Below are positions 1 to 9,220 of a stretch of DNA of 64,000 nt, piece after piece; within the stretch, counting starts at the first letter, position 1, and every line of letters starts with the position of its first letter. Where the stretch lies: NCBI GenBank assembly GCA_963762565.1, contig CAVXLD010000003.1, positions 385,538 to 449,537 on the forward strand. The letters run 5' to 3'. A program made the translations under genes and the position numbers. The DNA comes from an uncultured Verrucomicrobiae bacterium. Lineage in GTDB: Bacteria > Verrucomicrobiota > Verrucomicrobiia > Chthoniobacterales > JAFAMB01. The notes under the pieces were generated by a model. The model was not told where the DNA came from. It saw only the letters and a program-made list of their open reading frames with translations, and did no database searches.

Positions 1-43
1 CGTAATTCTCTTTGCTTAACGCTCGTGCCTACCTAGGTGCTCT

Positions 44-3000
44 ATGTGGATCGTTAAACTCGCTCTCACTCGGCCGTATACCTTTATCGTGTTCGCACTT
101 CTGATCTTTGTGTTGAGCCCGTTGATCATCCTGCGGACGCCCACGGACATTTTCCCGAACATCGATATTCCGGTGATCTCGGTCGCGTGGACCTATACTG
201 GCCTGAACCCGGAAGATATCGAGGGGCGGTTGACCACGCCTTACGAGAAAGTGCTCACTACGCTGGTTGATAATATCGAGCACATAGAATCCACGAGCTA
301 TAACGGTGCCTCCGTCATCAAAATCTTTCTGCAACCGCATGCGAGCTTGGATCGAGCGAACTCTCAGGTGGTCAGCGCTTCTCAATTTGCGCTGCGATTG
401 CTGCCATCGAGTATTCAGCCGCCTGAGATTATTAATTTCAGCGCTTCTAGCGTACCGATTCTTCAACTTGGACTCTCCGGTCAGGGTCTCTCCGAACAAC
501 AATTGAATGACCTGGCACTGAATTTTGTCCGGACGCAAATGATCACGGTTCCGGGAGCGGTGATTCCTCTTCCCTACGGCGGCAAGCAGCGTCAGGTGAT
601 GATCAATCTGGATCACAACCTGATGCAGGCGAGAAACATTTCGCCGACGGATGTTCTCAGCGCAGTGAATGCCCAAAGCCTGGTGCTCCCGTCTGGCACC
701 GTGAAGCTGGGTCAGAGCGAATTGGATATCCGGGCCAACACGTATCCTCGGACCGTGGCCGAACTGAACAATCTACCGATCAAGCAGGTGGGCGATACCA
801 CGGTTTATCTGCGAGACGTCGCTACGGCTAGCGACGGGTTTGCGCTACAGACGAACGTGGTTCGCCAGGATGGCCGACGTGGTGTGCTGATGAGTATCCT
901 CAAAGCGGGAAACGCATCGACTCTCAGTGTGGTGAGCGGCGTAAAAACTCTACTCCCGCGCGTGGCTACCATTGTTCCGCCGGCGCTGAAAATGACGCCT
1001 TTGGCAGATCAAAGCATTTTCGTACAGAGTGCGGTGAACGGGGTTATCCGGGAGGCGGTGATTGCGGCAGCGTTAACCGGGCTCATGATCCTTTTATTCC
1101 TAGGGAGTTGGCGGAGCACCCTGATCATTGCTGTCTCTATACCGCTATCGATTTTGACCTCAATAATGATCATCAGCCTTCTTGGCGAAACGATCAATAT
1201 CATGACGCTGGGAGGCTTGGCCCTGGCGGTTGGGATACTAGTCGATGATGCTACGGTCACGATCGAGAATATCGAGCGGGTACTAAGGCAGGGACGTTCC
1301 CTTCACGATGGCATTTTAGAAGGCGCAGCCCAGATTGCCGTACCGGCCTTAGTCTCTACCCTCTGTATCTGTATCGTTTTTCTTCCCATGTTTCTCTTGG
1401 ACGGGGTCGCGCGTTATCTTTTCGTCCCCCTGGCAGAAGCCGTGGTGTTTGCCATGCTGGCCTCGTACGTCCTCTCGCGAACGTTAGTTCCTACGTTAGC
1501 GATGTATCTATTGAAGGCCAAACATCATGAGCCGAATCCGAAAAACATCTTTGCCCGTCTGCAACACGGGTTCGAAAAAGGGTTCGAGTTAGTTCGAAAC
1601 AGCTATAGCGGATTGCTCACCAGTTTGGTGGCTCATCGCAAGCTATTTATCCCGGCGTTTCTTGGGGCCTGTCTATGCGGGGTTTTCCTGGTGCCGTGGC
1701 TAGGCCAGGACTTTTTTCCTGACACCGATAGTGGTCAATTCATTCTGCATGTTCGCGCTAGGACTGGGACCCGAATTGAAGAGACCGCGCGTTTGTTCGA
1801 CTTGGTTGAGGACGTTATCCGGCAAAACATTCCAGCCAAAGAGATGGACAACATCCTGGATAACATCGGTTTGCCCTATAGCCCGTACAATACCATGCAC
1901 TCAACCTCGGGGGTGTTAGGCGCAAACGATGGCGACGTATTGGTATCGCTCCGCCAGAATCATAGTCCGGTGGCTGATTATGTTCGGGACCTTCGGGTTC
2001 TGCTGCCGCAGCGGTTTCCCGGCGTCACCTTCTACTTTTTGCCGGCTGATATTGTGACGCAGATTCTTGATTTTGGTCTTCCGTCTCCGATCGATGTCCA
2101 GGTTGAAGGCAATGATGTGGTGGCAAGCCAACAGATCGCTGAGAAGCTAATGGCCAAGATGCGGCAGGTTCCGGGCTTGGTTGATCTGAGGGTACAGCAG
2201 CCACTGGACTATCCGACGTTGGATGTCGCGGTTGACCGGGTAAAAGCGCTCCAAGCTGGCTACACAGAGCAGAATGTTGCTAACAGCGCATTGAACGCTC
2301 TGAGCGGGAGTTTTCAGATAACTCCGTTGTTCTTTATGAACTGGAAGAACGGAGTCAATTACAACTTAGTGGCTCAGACCCCTCAATATCGATTCCAGTC
2401 AATAAACGACCTCCTCAATATTCCGCTCCCGGCGGCCAGCGGAAGTAACACCGAGATATTGGGAGACATCGCCTCCGTCAGCCGTGGCCACGAGATGGGA
2501 TTAATCACCCACTACAACATCCGCCGGGTCATTGATATTTACGGGGCGGTCCAGGACCGAGATTTGGGTGCAGTGAGCCGGGACGTGCAAAAGATCGTCG
2601 ATAATAGCCGGTCACAACTTCCGCGCGGTACGTTCCTAACGATCCGCGGCCAAGTGCGAACCATGGACAGCTCGTATACCGGCCTTTTGACAGGCTTGGG
2701 GTTAGCCGTGGTGCTGGTTTACATGTTGATCGTCATTAACTTTCAATCGTGGCTGGATCCATTCATTATCATTACCGCGTTACCGGCTGCCCTGACTGGT
2801 ATCGTTGTTTTTCTGTTTTTGACGCATACCACGCTCAGCGTCCCGGCTCTAATGGGAGCGTTGATGTGTATGGGAATCGCGACTGCCAACAGCATCTTAG
2901 TGGTTTCTTTTGCTAAAGAGCGTTTACGGGAACACGGAGATTCGGTACGCGCGGCTGTCGAAGCGGGAGCAACTCGGTTCCGTCCGGTGGTAATGACCGC

Positions 3001-3259
3001 CCTGGCGATGATCATCGGCATGATTCCGATGGCTCTTGGACTAGGGGACGGCGGTGAACAAAACGCGCCGTTAGGCCGGGCTGTGATCGGGGGGTTACTG
3101 GCTGCGACGGTCGCTACCTTGGTCTTCGTTCCTTCGGTTTTCAGTATGCTGCATTATCGCGCCTCGAGGGTCGGCCTCGCAAGCGAGGCGCGCTCCACGT
3201 ACGCCTCGAGGGTCGACGCCAGTGCAGCCGGGCAATCGGACCCGGTAACTAACAGCTAA
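44..3259 (+). CDS. RND-family efflux permease (AcrB/AcrD/AcrF type)
   Basis: 1071-aa ORF with RND layout. N-terminal TM MWIVKLALTRPYTFIVFALLIF, two large periplasmic loops, GGLALAVGILVDDATVTIENI and FRPVVMTALAMIIGMIPMALG motifs. The low-complexity C-terminal tail contains a repeat-derived 14-aa insertion. Confidence 0.9.
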   Translation: MWIVKLALTRPYTFIVFALLIFVLSPLIILRTPTDIFPNIDIPVISVAWTYTGLNPEDIEGRLTTPYEKVLTTLVDNIEHIESTSYNGASVIKIFLQPHASLDRANSQVVSASQFALRLLPSSIQPPEIINFSASSVPILQLGLSGQGLSEQQLNDLALNFVRTQMITVPGAVIPLPYGGKQRQVMINLDHNLMQARNISPTDVLSAVNAQSLVLPSGTVKLGQSELDIRANTYPRTVAELNNLPIKQVGDTTVYLRDVATASDGFALQTNVVRQDGRRGVLMSILKAGNASTLSVVSGVKTLLPRVATIVPPALKMTPLADQSIFVQSAVNGVIREAVIAAALTGLMILLFLGSWRSTLIIAVSIPLSILTSIMIISLLGETINIMTLGGLALAVGILVDDATVTIENIERVLRQGRSLHDGILEGAAQIAVPALVSTLCICIVFLPMFLLDGVARYLFVPLAEAVVFAMLASYVLSRTLVPTLAMYLLKAKHHEPNPKNIFARLQHGFEKGFELVRNSYSGLLTSLVAHRKLFIPAFLGACLCGVFLVPWLGQDFFPDTDSGQFILHVRARTGTRIEETARLFDLVEDVIRQNIPAKEMDNILDNIGLPYSPYNTMHSTSGVLGANDGDVLVSLRQNHSPVADYVRDLRVLLPQRFPGVTFYFLPADIVTQILDFGLPSPIDVQVEGNDVVASQQIAEKLMAKMRQVPGLVDLRVQQPLDYPTLDVAVDRVKALQAGYTEQNVANSALNALSGSFQITPLFFMNWKNGVNYNLVAQTPQYRFQSINDLLNIPLPAASGSNTEILGDIASVSRGHEMGLITHYNIRRVIDIYGAVQDRDLGAVSRDVQKIVDNSRSQLPRGTFLTIRGQVRTMDSSYTGLLTGLGLAVVLVYMLIVINFQSWLDPFIIITALPAALTGIVVFLFLTHTTLSVPALMGALMCMGIATANSILVVSFAKERLREHGDSVRAAVEAGATRFRPVVMTALAMIIGMIPMALGLGDGGEQNAPLGRAVIGGLLAATVATLVFVPSVFSMLHYRASRVGLASEARSTYASRVDASAAGQSDPVTNS

Positions 3260-3277
3260 AAAAGAGGAGTAGAGAAA

Positions 3278-4507
3278 ATGCCAATTGAATCGCACGAAAC
3301 CATGGCTGGGTTGCCGTCGGAAGTCGCGACCCAGGTCGCCAAAGTTACCTCGCCCAAGCGATCGCAAACTCGGCGACCAATCATTATCGGAGGCGCTATC
3401 TTGATCGCAGGGTTCGCTTTTTGGATTTACTCCGGAATCAATTCTCGGCTCGATGCTGAGAAAAAACTGGAAAAGACCGTCAAACTCACGTCGACTGCGG
3501 TGGTTAATGTCGTGCATCCGACGAGTGGTTCCGATGCCCAGGCAATTGAATTACCCGGCAACACGCAGGCTTTCACGGATGCCCCGATTTATGCCCGGAC
3601 GAGCGGTTATCTAAAACAATGGTATTTCGATATCGGCGCTCGGGTTAAGCGAGGACAACTTCTGGCGGAGATCGAGACACCCGAGTTAGACGAGCAATTG
3701 GATCAAGCCGAGAACCAGGTAAAAACAGCAGAAGCGAATCTCCAATTAGCGCAGGTCACGGCGGACCGCTGGGTCTATTTAGAGAAGTCGAGTGTCGTCT
3801 CGAAACAGGAGCGAGATCAAGCAGTTAGCGATCTAAACGCCAAACGCGCAACCGCTGATTCGGCCAGAGCGAACGTAGCCCGGTTGCAAAAACTGCAAGA
3901 GTTTGAGCATGTGTACGCGCCATTCGATGGCGTGATTACGGCGCGGAACACGGACATTGGAGACCTGATTCAGGGAGATAATACGGCTCCGAAGGAATTG
4001 TTCCATCTGGCTGCTGTGGGCAAACTCCGGGTTTATATTTCTGTGCCGGAAGTTTATGCGGCGGCGATCAAGTCCGGCGAGACGGTGACGCTAAGTCTGG
4101 ATGCGTTTCCTGGAGAAAAGTTTACCGGTATACTAGTCCGAGATTCTAATTCGATCGATCAAGCCTCTCGGACCTTGCGAGTGGAGGTCGATGTCGATAA
4201 TCCTACCGGGCGTTTGCTACCTGGAGCCTACGCATTTGTGTATTTGAAGCTCCCCTCGGCGGCAGGGGCCGTCACGGTTCCGACCAATACCTTGTTATTT
4301 CGAGCCGAGGGGTTACGCGTGGCAGTCGTGCGAGACGGGCAGGTGAAGTTAGTTCCGATCACGATCGGTCACGACTATGGGAGTACAGTCGAAGTGTTGA
4401 ATGGCTTGACGGCAGGGGACAGCGTAATTCTGGATCCGTCCGATTCGATCATAGATGGTTCGCCGGTGAAGATTGCTGAGCCGGTGAAAGTGGCGGCCTC
4501 TAAATGA
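3278..4507 (+). CDS. RND efflux periplasmic adaptor (HlyD/MFP family)
   Basis: 409 aa, starts 19 nt after the permease stop behind GAGGAG. Has a membrane anchor, a coiled-coil hairpin (PELDEQLDQAENQVKTAEANLQLAQ) and beta-barrel segments typical of MFP adaptors. Confidence 0.85.
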   Translation: MPIESHETMAGLPSEVATQVAKVTSPKRSQTRRPIIIGGAILIAGFAFWIYSGINSRLDAEKKLEKTVKLTSTAVVNVVHPTSGSDAQAIELPGNTQAFTDAPIYARTSGYLKQWYFDIGARVKRGQLLAEIETPELDEQLDQAENQVKTAEANLQLAQVTADRWVYLEKSSVVSKQERDQAVSDLNAKRATADSARANVARLQKLQEFEHVYAPFDGVITARNTDIGDLIQGDNTAPKELFHLAAVGKLRVYISVPEVYAAAIKSGETVTLSLDAFPGEKFTGILVRDSNSIDQASRTLRVEVDVDNPTGRLLPGAYAFVYLKLPSAAGAVTVPTNTLLFRAEGLRVAVVRDGQVKLVPITIGHDYGSTVEVLNGLTAGDSVILDPSDSIIDGSPVKIAEPVKVAASK

Positions 4508-4578
4508 GGAGGAGCAACAGCGTAGGTGCTTGAGGAATCCTAAAAGCACCCCAACCCCACATTCGCGGGGTGTAATTC

Positions 4579-4701
4579 GAGGAGGGCGCGTGTCCCCGCG
4601 CGCCGCGAGGACGTGGCGCATTCCCAAGGTGTGTTTTCCTCAGCGGTCACAACACGTCCTGGGCTTCGGTAACGACGGATCGCGAAGGCGCGATCCCTCC
4701 C
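4579..4701 (+). repeat. R1 hairpin-ended dispersed element, copy A (123 bp, MITE-like)
   Basis: Termini GAGGAGGG...CCCTCCC. Subterminal GC hairpins GGCGCGTG-TCCC-CGCGCGCC and GGATCGCG-AAGG-CGCGATCC. Alignable to copies at 6885, 27841 (x4), 37136 and 48699. Confidence 0.7.
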
Positions 4702-4735
4702 GAGCGATGGCCCGGATTTCTGAGCCTGTTGATTC

Positions 4736-6802
4736 TTAGACCACTGAAAGGTTCTCTTTTCGCAATCGCGAGAGGGCAACGCCAACTCCGTTCAGCGAGA
4801 TGATCACGGCGTCCGGTTCGCAGAGCTGTTCGAGAGTGGGCGCGGGCGGAGAGTCTCCGCGCAATAACCAGATGGTCTTCATTCCTATGCGCTGTGCGGG
4901 TCGAATATCGTTGTCCAACCGGTTACCAACGTGAATGGCGCGATCTGCCGGAACACCAGCGTGCTCCAGCGTCAGCCGGAAGATTGCTTCGTCCGGTTTC
5001 TCGATACCTGCTTCCTCTGAGAGGATAATAACACTAAAGAACCGGTCGAGCCCATCTCTGCGCAGCGCTTTTTTTGCGGCTGCGCCTGCGTTGGCGACTA
5101 ACCCAAGCTTGAACCTCTGAGCCAGGCTACTCAATGCCGGCTTCACGTCAGGATAGAGGGTAGAGGCCGGATATTCCCAATATTTGTGTGCCAGCGCAAC
5201 GAGAGTAGCGCGGTCACCCCCGGGGACGAACCGTTTTGCGATGGCAGTGCGCAACGATCCGGATGATTGGCCGCGCTGTTCGTCGTACACCGCCCAGAAC
5301 TCGTGTTCCTCCAAACTCGGATTCAGCTCCCGCGCAGCGCGCAATAGTGCGCGGGTGAATGTTTCATCGTCGTAGATCGTCCCTCCCAGGTCAAAGAGGA
5401 TCAACTCGATCTCTTCTGGTAGTAGAGTCATTATTGGTGGATGCCCAAGGAGAGAACCGGCCGCCGCAAAAGAAAAACCGCCAAGCGGTCGTTGAGTTTC
5501 TATGCTTCCATCCGGTCTCTCGTACTCCGGGGCTGTTAAGAATAGGGCGAGGATCGCGCTGAGCGCATAGAGCGCAGCGAAGATCCAGATCACGCCTCGT
5601 ATCCCGCAAAGACTGAGAAAACATCCGACAATGGCAGGTCCAAGCCACACGCTCGCGCCTGCGCCTAGATTTAGCATCGAGATCGCCGCACCAGGATTTT
5701 CCGGAGCAAGGCACGGCATGATCGCCGACAGCGGCACGTAACCGGCCAGGGTGGCGCCGTAAAGCATGGCGCTTACCACCGCCACCAGATAGTTTCCGGG
5801 AAACCTGAGCGGCAAATAATAAAGAAGTAGTGTCGTGATAGTACAACCGATCCCACCGATATAGGCCACGGTTCTGCGCCAGCCGAGGCGGTCCCCGATC
5901 ATGCCCAGGGCCAGGTCACAGATAATGTTGCTGAAGAACATCCAACTCAACACCTGCAGCCACTGGCTCAAGGTAAACCCGAGTGTTCCGACATAGAACG
6001 ATGGCAGGAAAAGCAGGAAACCGAACTGTGGTGCGGTATTAATCATCCGGACAATTGAACCGAGGACTACCTTCGGTTTTTCCCAGGCGATACTGATAGC
6101 GGCGAATAACGCTTTCCGATGGTGTTGAACCTCCGCTCTCACCGGAGGAGCGCCAACCGCCCGAGGCAGGCCGAGCAACATGATGATGCCCCCAATGATT
6201 ACGAACACGAGCGAGCACCAGAAGGTCGCATATTGGCCGATGAGCGGGATTGTATAACTAGCCAAAAGGGAGCCGAGTGTCGGTAACCCGGCAGTAAACG
6301 CGAACCAGAACCAACCGACAGCAGAACCTAACCGTTTCGGAGGCGTGACTGCAGCGACACAAACCAGGAACCCGTACGCGAAAAGTGGGTAACCAAGGCC
6401 GCGAAGAAAATAGCTCAACACAAGGAGGTCGCGATCGGAGAAGGCGACTCCAAAAACGAGAAAAATAACTTCGAAAAACGCCCAGATGGCAACCCCGAGC
6501 CACATCACCACGCGGGCGCCGACGGTGTCCGCTAGAGCGCCTGACAGTCGCGCAGCGAGAGCGGCAGCCAGACCGTAAAGGGTGAACATCAAAGCGATTT
6601 TGACCTGAGAAACACCAATGCCGTTGAGAAAAGGCGCAAGGTAACCGGCTTCGATTCCGTCGCCGATCATGAACAGCAAGAGACCAAGATATCCCCAGGC
6701 AAGCTGAGGGGGAATACCCAGTCGCTTGAGAATGGTAGGACGCGTGCTGACCATGGGTACGCCTGACACCGCCGTCGCCATATGCACAACTCTAGCCTGC
6801 AA
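4736..6802 (-). CDS. MFS transporter fused to a C-terminal HAD-superfamily hydrolase domain
   Basis: 688-aa ORF. The first ~430 aa are multi-TM MFS-like (GIPPQLAWGYLGLLLFMIGDGIEAGY...). The last ~230 aa carry HAD motifs (LILFDLGGTIYDD, LGLVANAG, GIEKPD, VGNRLDNDI). Exact start uncertain (alternative Met at MATAVSG). Confidence 0.75.
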   Translation of the reverse strand: MQARVVHMATAVSGVPMVSTRPTILKRLGIPPQLAWGYLGLLLFMIGDGIEAGYLAPFLNGIGVSQVKIALMFTLYGLAAALAARLSGALADTVGARVVMWLGVAIWAFFEVIFLVFGVAFSDRDLLVLSYFLRGLGYPLFAYGFLVCVAAVTPPKRLGSAVGWFWFAFTAGLPTLGSLLASYTIPLIGQYATFWCSLVFVIIGGIIMLLGLPRAVGAPPVRAEVQHHRKALFAAISIAWEKPKVVLGSIVRMINTAPQFGFLLFLPSFYVGTLGFTLSQWLQVLSWMFFSNIICDLALGMIGDRLGWRRTVAYIGGIGCTITTLLLYYLPLRFPGNYLVAVVSAMLYGATLAGYVPLSAIMPCLAPENPGAAISMLNLGAGASVWLGPAIVGCFLSLCGIRGVIWIFAALYALSAILALFLTAPEYERPDGSIETQRPLGGFSFAAAGSLLGHPPIMTLLPEEIELILFDLGGTIYDDETFTRALLRAARELNPSLEEHEFWAVYDEQRGQSSGSLRTAIAKRFVPGGDRATLVALAHKYWEYPASTLYPDVKPALSSLAQRFKLGLVANAGAAAKKALRRDGLDRFFSVIILSEEAGIEKPDEAIFRLTLEHAGVPADRAIHVGNRLDNDIRPAQRIGMKTIWLLRGDSPPAPTLEQLCEPDAVIISLNGVGVALSRLRKENLSVV

Positions 6803-6884
6803 CTGGAGTTGAGTCTAAGAAGGTTCGTAGCCGGAGATCGCCCTGAAAGCATCTCCAACCCCGGTGTTTGCAGGGTGCAAATCG

Positions 6885-7007
6885 GGGAGGGCGCGCGTAC
6901 CCGCGCGCCGCGAGGACGTGCTACAACCCAAAGATGTATTTTCGTCCGCCGATCACAACGCGCCCTCGGTTTCGGTCACAACGGATCGCAGGGACGCGAT
7001 CCCTCCC
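6885..7007 (+). repeat. R1 hairpin-ended dispersed element, copy B (123 bp)
   Basis: GGGAGGG...CCCTCCC termini with hairpins GGCGCGCG-TACC-CGCGCGCC and GGATCGC-AGGGAC-GCGATCC. Same length as copies A and D. Confidence 0.7.
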
Positions 7008-7137
7008 GGGCGATGGGCCTACACACAATCCAAGGGCGAAGCGCCTCACGAGGGATCTTTAACCGCGCTACGCGGCTGCAAATCGGGGGAAGCGCTTTCC
7101 AGGAGTTTAGCCAGTCTTTGCTGCTAACAACCACTTT

Positions 7138-7207
7138 CGAGGACGAGGACGAGGACGACGGACGAGCACGAAAAGGCGAACGCCGAACGCCAAACGCCAA
7201 ACGCGCC
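7138..7207. repeat. Hexanucleotide microsatellites, (GACGAG)n followed by (AACGCC)n
   Basis: cgaggacgaggacgaggacgacggacgagcacga then gaacgccgaacgccaaacgccaaacgc, directly 3' of the permease gene stop. Confidence 0.8.
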
Positions 7208-7209
7208 GA

Positions 7210-8829
7210 CTAACCAACTGTCATTATGTGGGGGAAGAACAGGTAGAACAAAACGCCGATCAATATCAGGTAAACCAGCAGGACCAACGTCCAGACCATG
7301 TTATGCCGAATAACAGCGCCTTCATTCCGCACAAACCGGCTGGTGGATACGCCGACGCTCGCTGTTTGCGGCGCTACCGGTTTGCCAACTTCGGCTCCGA
7401 CCGAGTTCAAGGTTGGCAACAGCAGCGGTGGGAAACCTAACAACTTGCCAACTGTAGCTTGGAACGCACCGAACATAGCGTTGGTCGAGGTATTGCTGCC
7501 AGAAAGGGCGACCCCAATCCAACCCAGGATCGGCGCCACCACGATGAACCAGGCGCCGAGTTTGGAAAACCCGAACGCAAGGGAGCCGGCCATACCCGAA
7601 AAATTAAATACAAACGCCAGGCCGAAAATAAAGAAACCGACGAGAAAAGCGCCCCACATCTGGTGCCAGGTCTTCTTCATCACCTCGCCGAACTGAGCTC
7701 CCTTGAGCCTAAGGAGTAGGGCGATCACGATCCAAGAGGCCATAATGGCGGTTCCGCCGGAAAAAGGTCCCCAAGCGAACGCGGCCGATACTTTACTTCC
7801 TTGGGAAATCGAAGATGCGGCATCAACAGAAAGTTTGAATGGCACATACTTAGGCAGGAGTGACCAAGGTCCGGTCCAGAGGACGACGATGACCACCAGA
7901 ACGAAGAATGGCAACCAGGCCAGAAAAACGTCCTTTTGGGGCAACCGTTCAGCGGAACCCGCGGACCGGGTTTGATCGGCTTCCGATAGAGCGACACCAC
8001 CGTAACCGAGGACGGTTTTTGGCCGCCAAAACTTGAGCAGGATTAAGAGCGCCGCAAAACAGACGATCGATCCAGACACGTCCGGCAGGTAGGGGCCCAG
8101 GTAAACCGCGACTGGGAACTGACCGGCGATGTAGCCGAGAGAACCGACAATGGCCAGAGGCCAGCCTTCGCGAAATCCTTTCTTGCCGCTGACGAGGTAG
8201 ATCAGAATCCAAGGTGGGAGCAGCGCTAGTATGGCAACAATATGGCCGACAGAACCGGAGAGCTGCAGCAGCGGGAGCCCGGTCACCGCAGCCAAAGCGA
8301 TAATGGGCGCTCCGAGAGCTCCGTAAGAGACCGGGGCGTTGTTAGCGATAGCGGCGACCCGGATCGCATCAAGATCCGGGATACCAAGTGAGATCAAGAT
8401 CGGAGCAACGAATGCCCAAGGGTAACCGAAGCCGACTAACCCTTCGAGAAGCGCTCCGAATGCCCAGGCGAATAACATCGCTTGGACGCGCACGTCCGCG
8501 GTCCCGTGAGCAACCAGCCAACGCCGGAATTTTTCAAAGACACCGGTTACCACCAGGGTATTGAACAAGATGACACCCCAGAGGGTGATCCAGTCGACGG
8601 CCCAGACACCGGTAGCGGAACCGTACAGATAAGCGCGGATACCTTCGGCAAAAGGCATTTGCCAGACCAAAACAGCCAATAAAAATGTAATGATCGAACC
8701 GATTAGAGTGGAAAGCCAAGCGGACACTCGAAAGACAGCCAACATTACGAGGAGCGCAACGACAGGTATGAGCGCGACCAACCAGGTCAACGCCTGATTA
8801 CCAGCGGGATTGAGAATTTGTTGGAACAT
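7210..8829 (-). CDS. lctP: L-lactate/glycolate permease (LctP family)
   Basis: 539 aa. N-terminus MFQQILNPAGNQALTWLVALIPVV and polytopic hydrophobic profile characteristic of LctP/GlcA permeases. Confidence 0.88.
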   Translation of the reverse strand: MFQQILNPAGNQALTWLVALIPVVALLVMLAVFRVSAWLSTLIGSIITFLLAVLVWQMPFAEGIRAYLYGSATGVWAVDWITLWGVILFNTLVVTGVFEKFRRWLVAHGTADVRVQAMLFAWAFGALLEGLVGFGYPWAFVAPILISLGIPDLDAIRVAAIANNAPVSYGALGAPIIALAAVTGLPLLQLSGSVGHIVAILALLPPWILIYLVSGKKGFREGWPLAIVGSLGYIAGQFPVAVYLGPYLPDVSGSIVCFAALLILLKFWRPKTVLGYGGVALSEADQTRSAGSAERLPQKDVFLAWLPFFVLVVIVVLWTGPWSLLPKYVPFKLSVDAASSISQGSKVSAAFAWGPFSGGTAIMASWIVIALLLRLKGAQFGEVMKKTWHQMWGAFLVGFFIFGLAFVFNFSGMAGSLAFGFSKLGAWFIVVAPILGWIGVALSGSNTSTNAMFGAFQATVGKLLGFPPLLLPTLNSVGAEVGKPVAPQTASVGVSTSRFVRNEGAVIRHNMVWTLVLLVYLILIGVLFYLFFPHIMTVG

Positions 8830-9184
8830 TGCAGATCTCCCGTAGTGGTAGTCCTAGCATCCAAGCCGTGTGGCAATGCAGGTTTCGGAATCGGCGACCG
8901 CGGTGCTGCTAAAGGTAGGAATAGAAACGAGAGATGGGGGAACAGGCTTCATAGGTTTGCAGAGAGGAGCTGAGTTTGGAGCAGTAAACGACCAAGTTCC
9001 GAAGTCCTGCCAGAGGGAACGCACGGCCAAGAGCCGGAACCGGGCAATTCAGGTTATCTGAACTTGGGTCAGCGCGTAAAGAGCAACCTTTTGCCGGCTC
9101 TAACCTACAATTGGATTTGATTTGGAGGCGAAAAATATGGACAGCTGTTCGCAAAAAAATTGACTCCACATCTGACCCCCGATT

Positions 9185-9211
9185 CGAGCACGAGCACGAG
9201 CACGAGCACGA
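9185..9211. repeat. (CGAGCA)4.5 hexanucleotide microsatellite
   Basis: cgagca x4 plus cga, immediately 3' of the outer-membrane factor gene stop. Confidence 0.85.
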
Positions 9212-9220
9212 AAAATTAGG

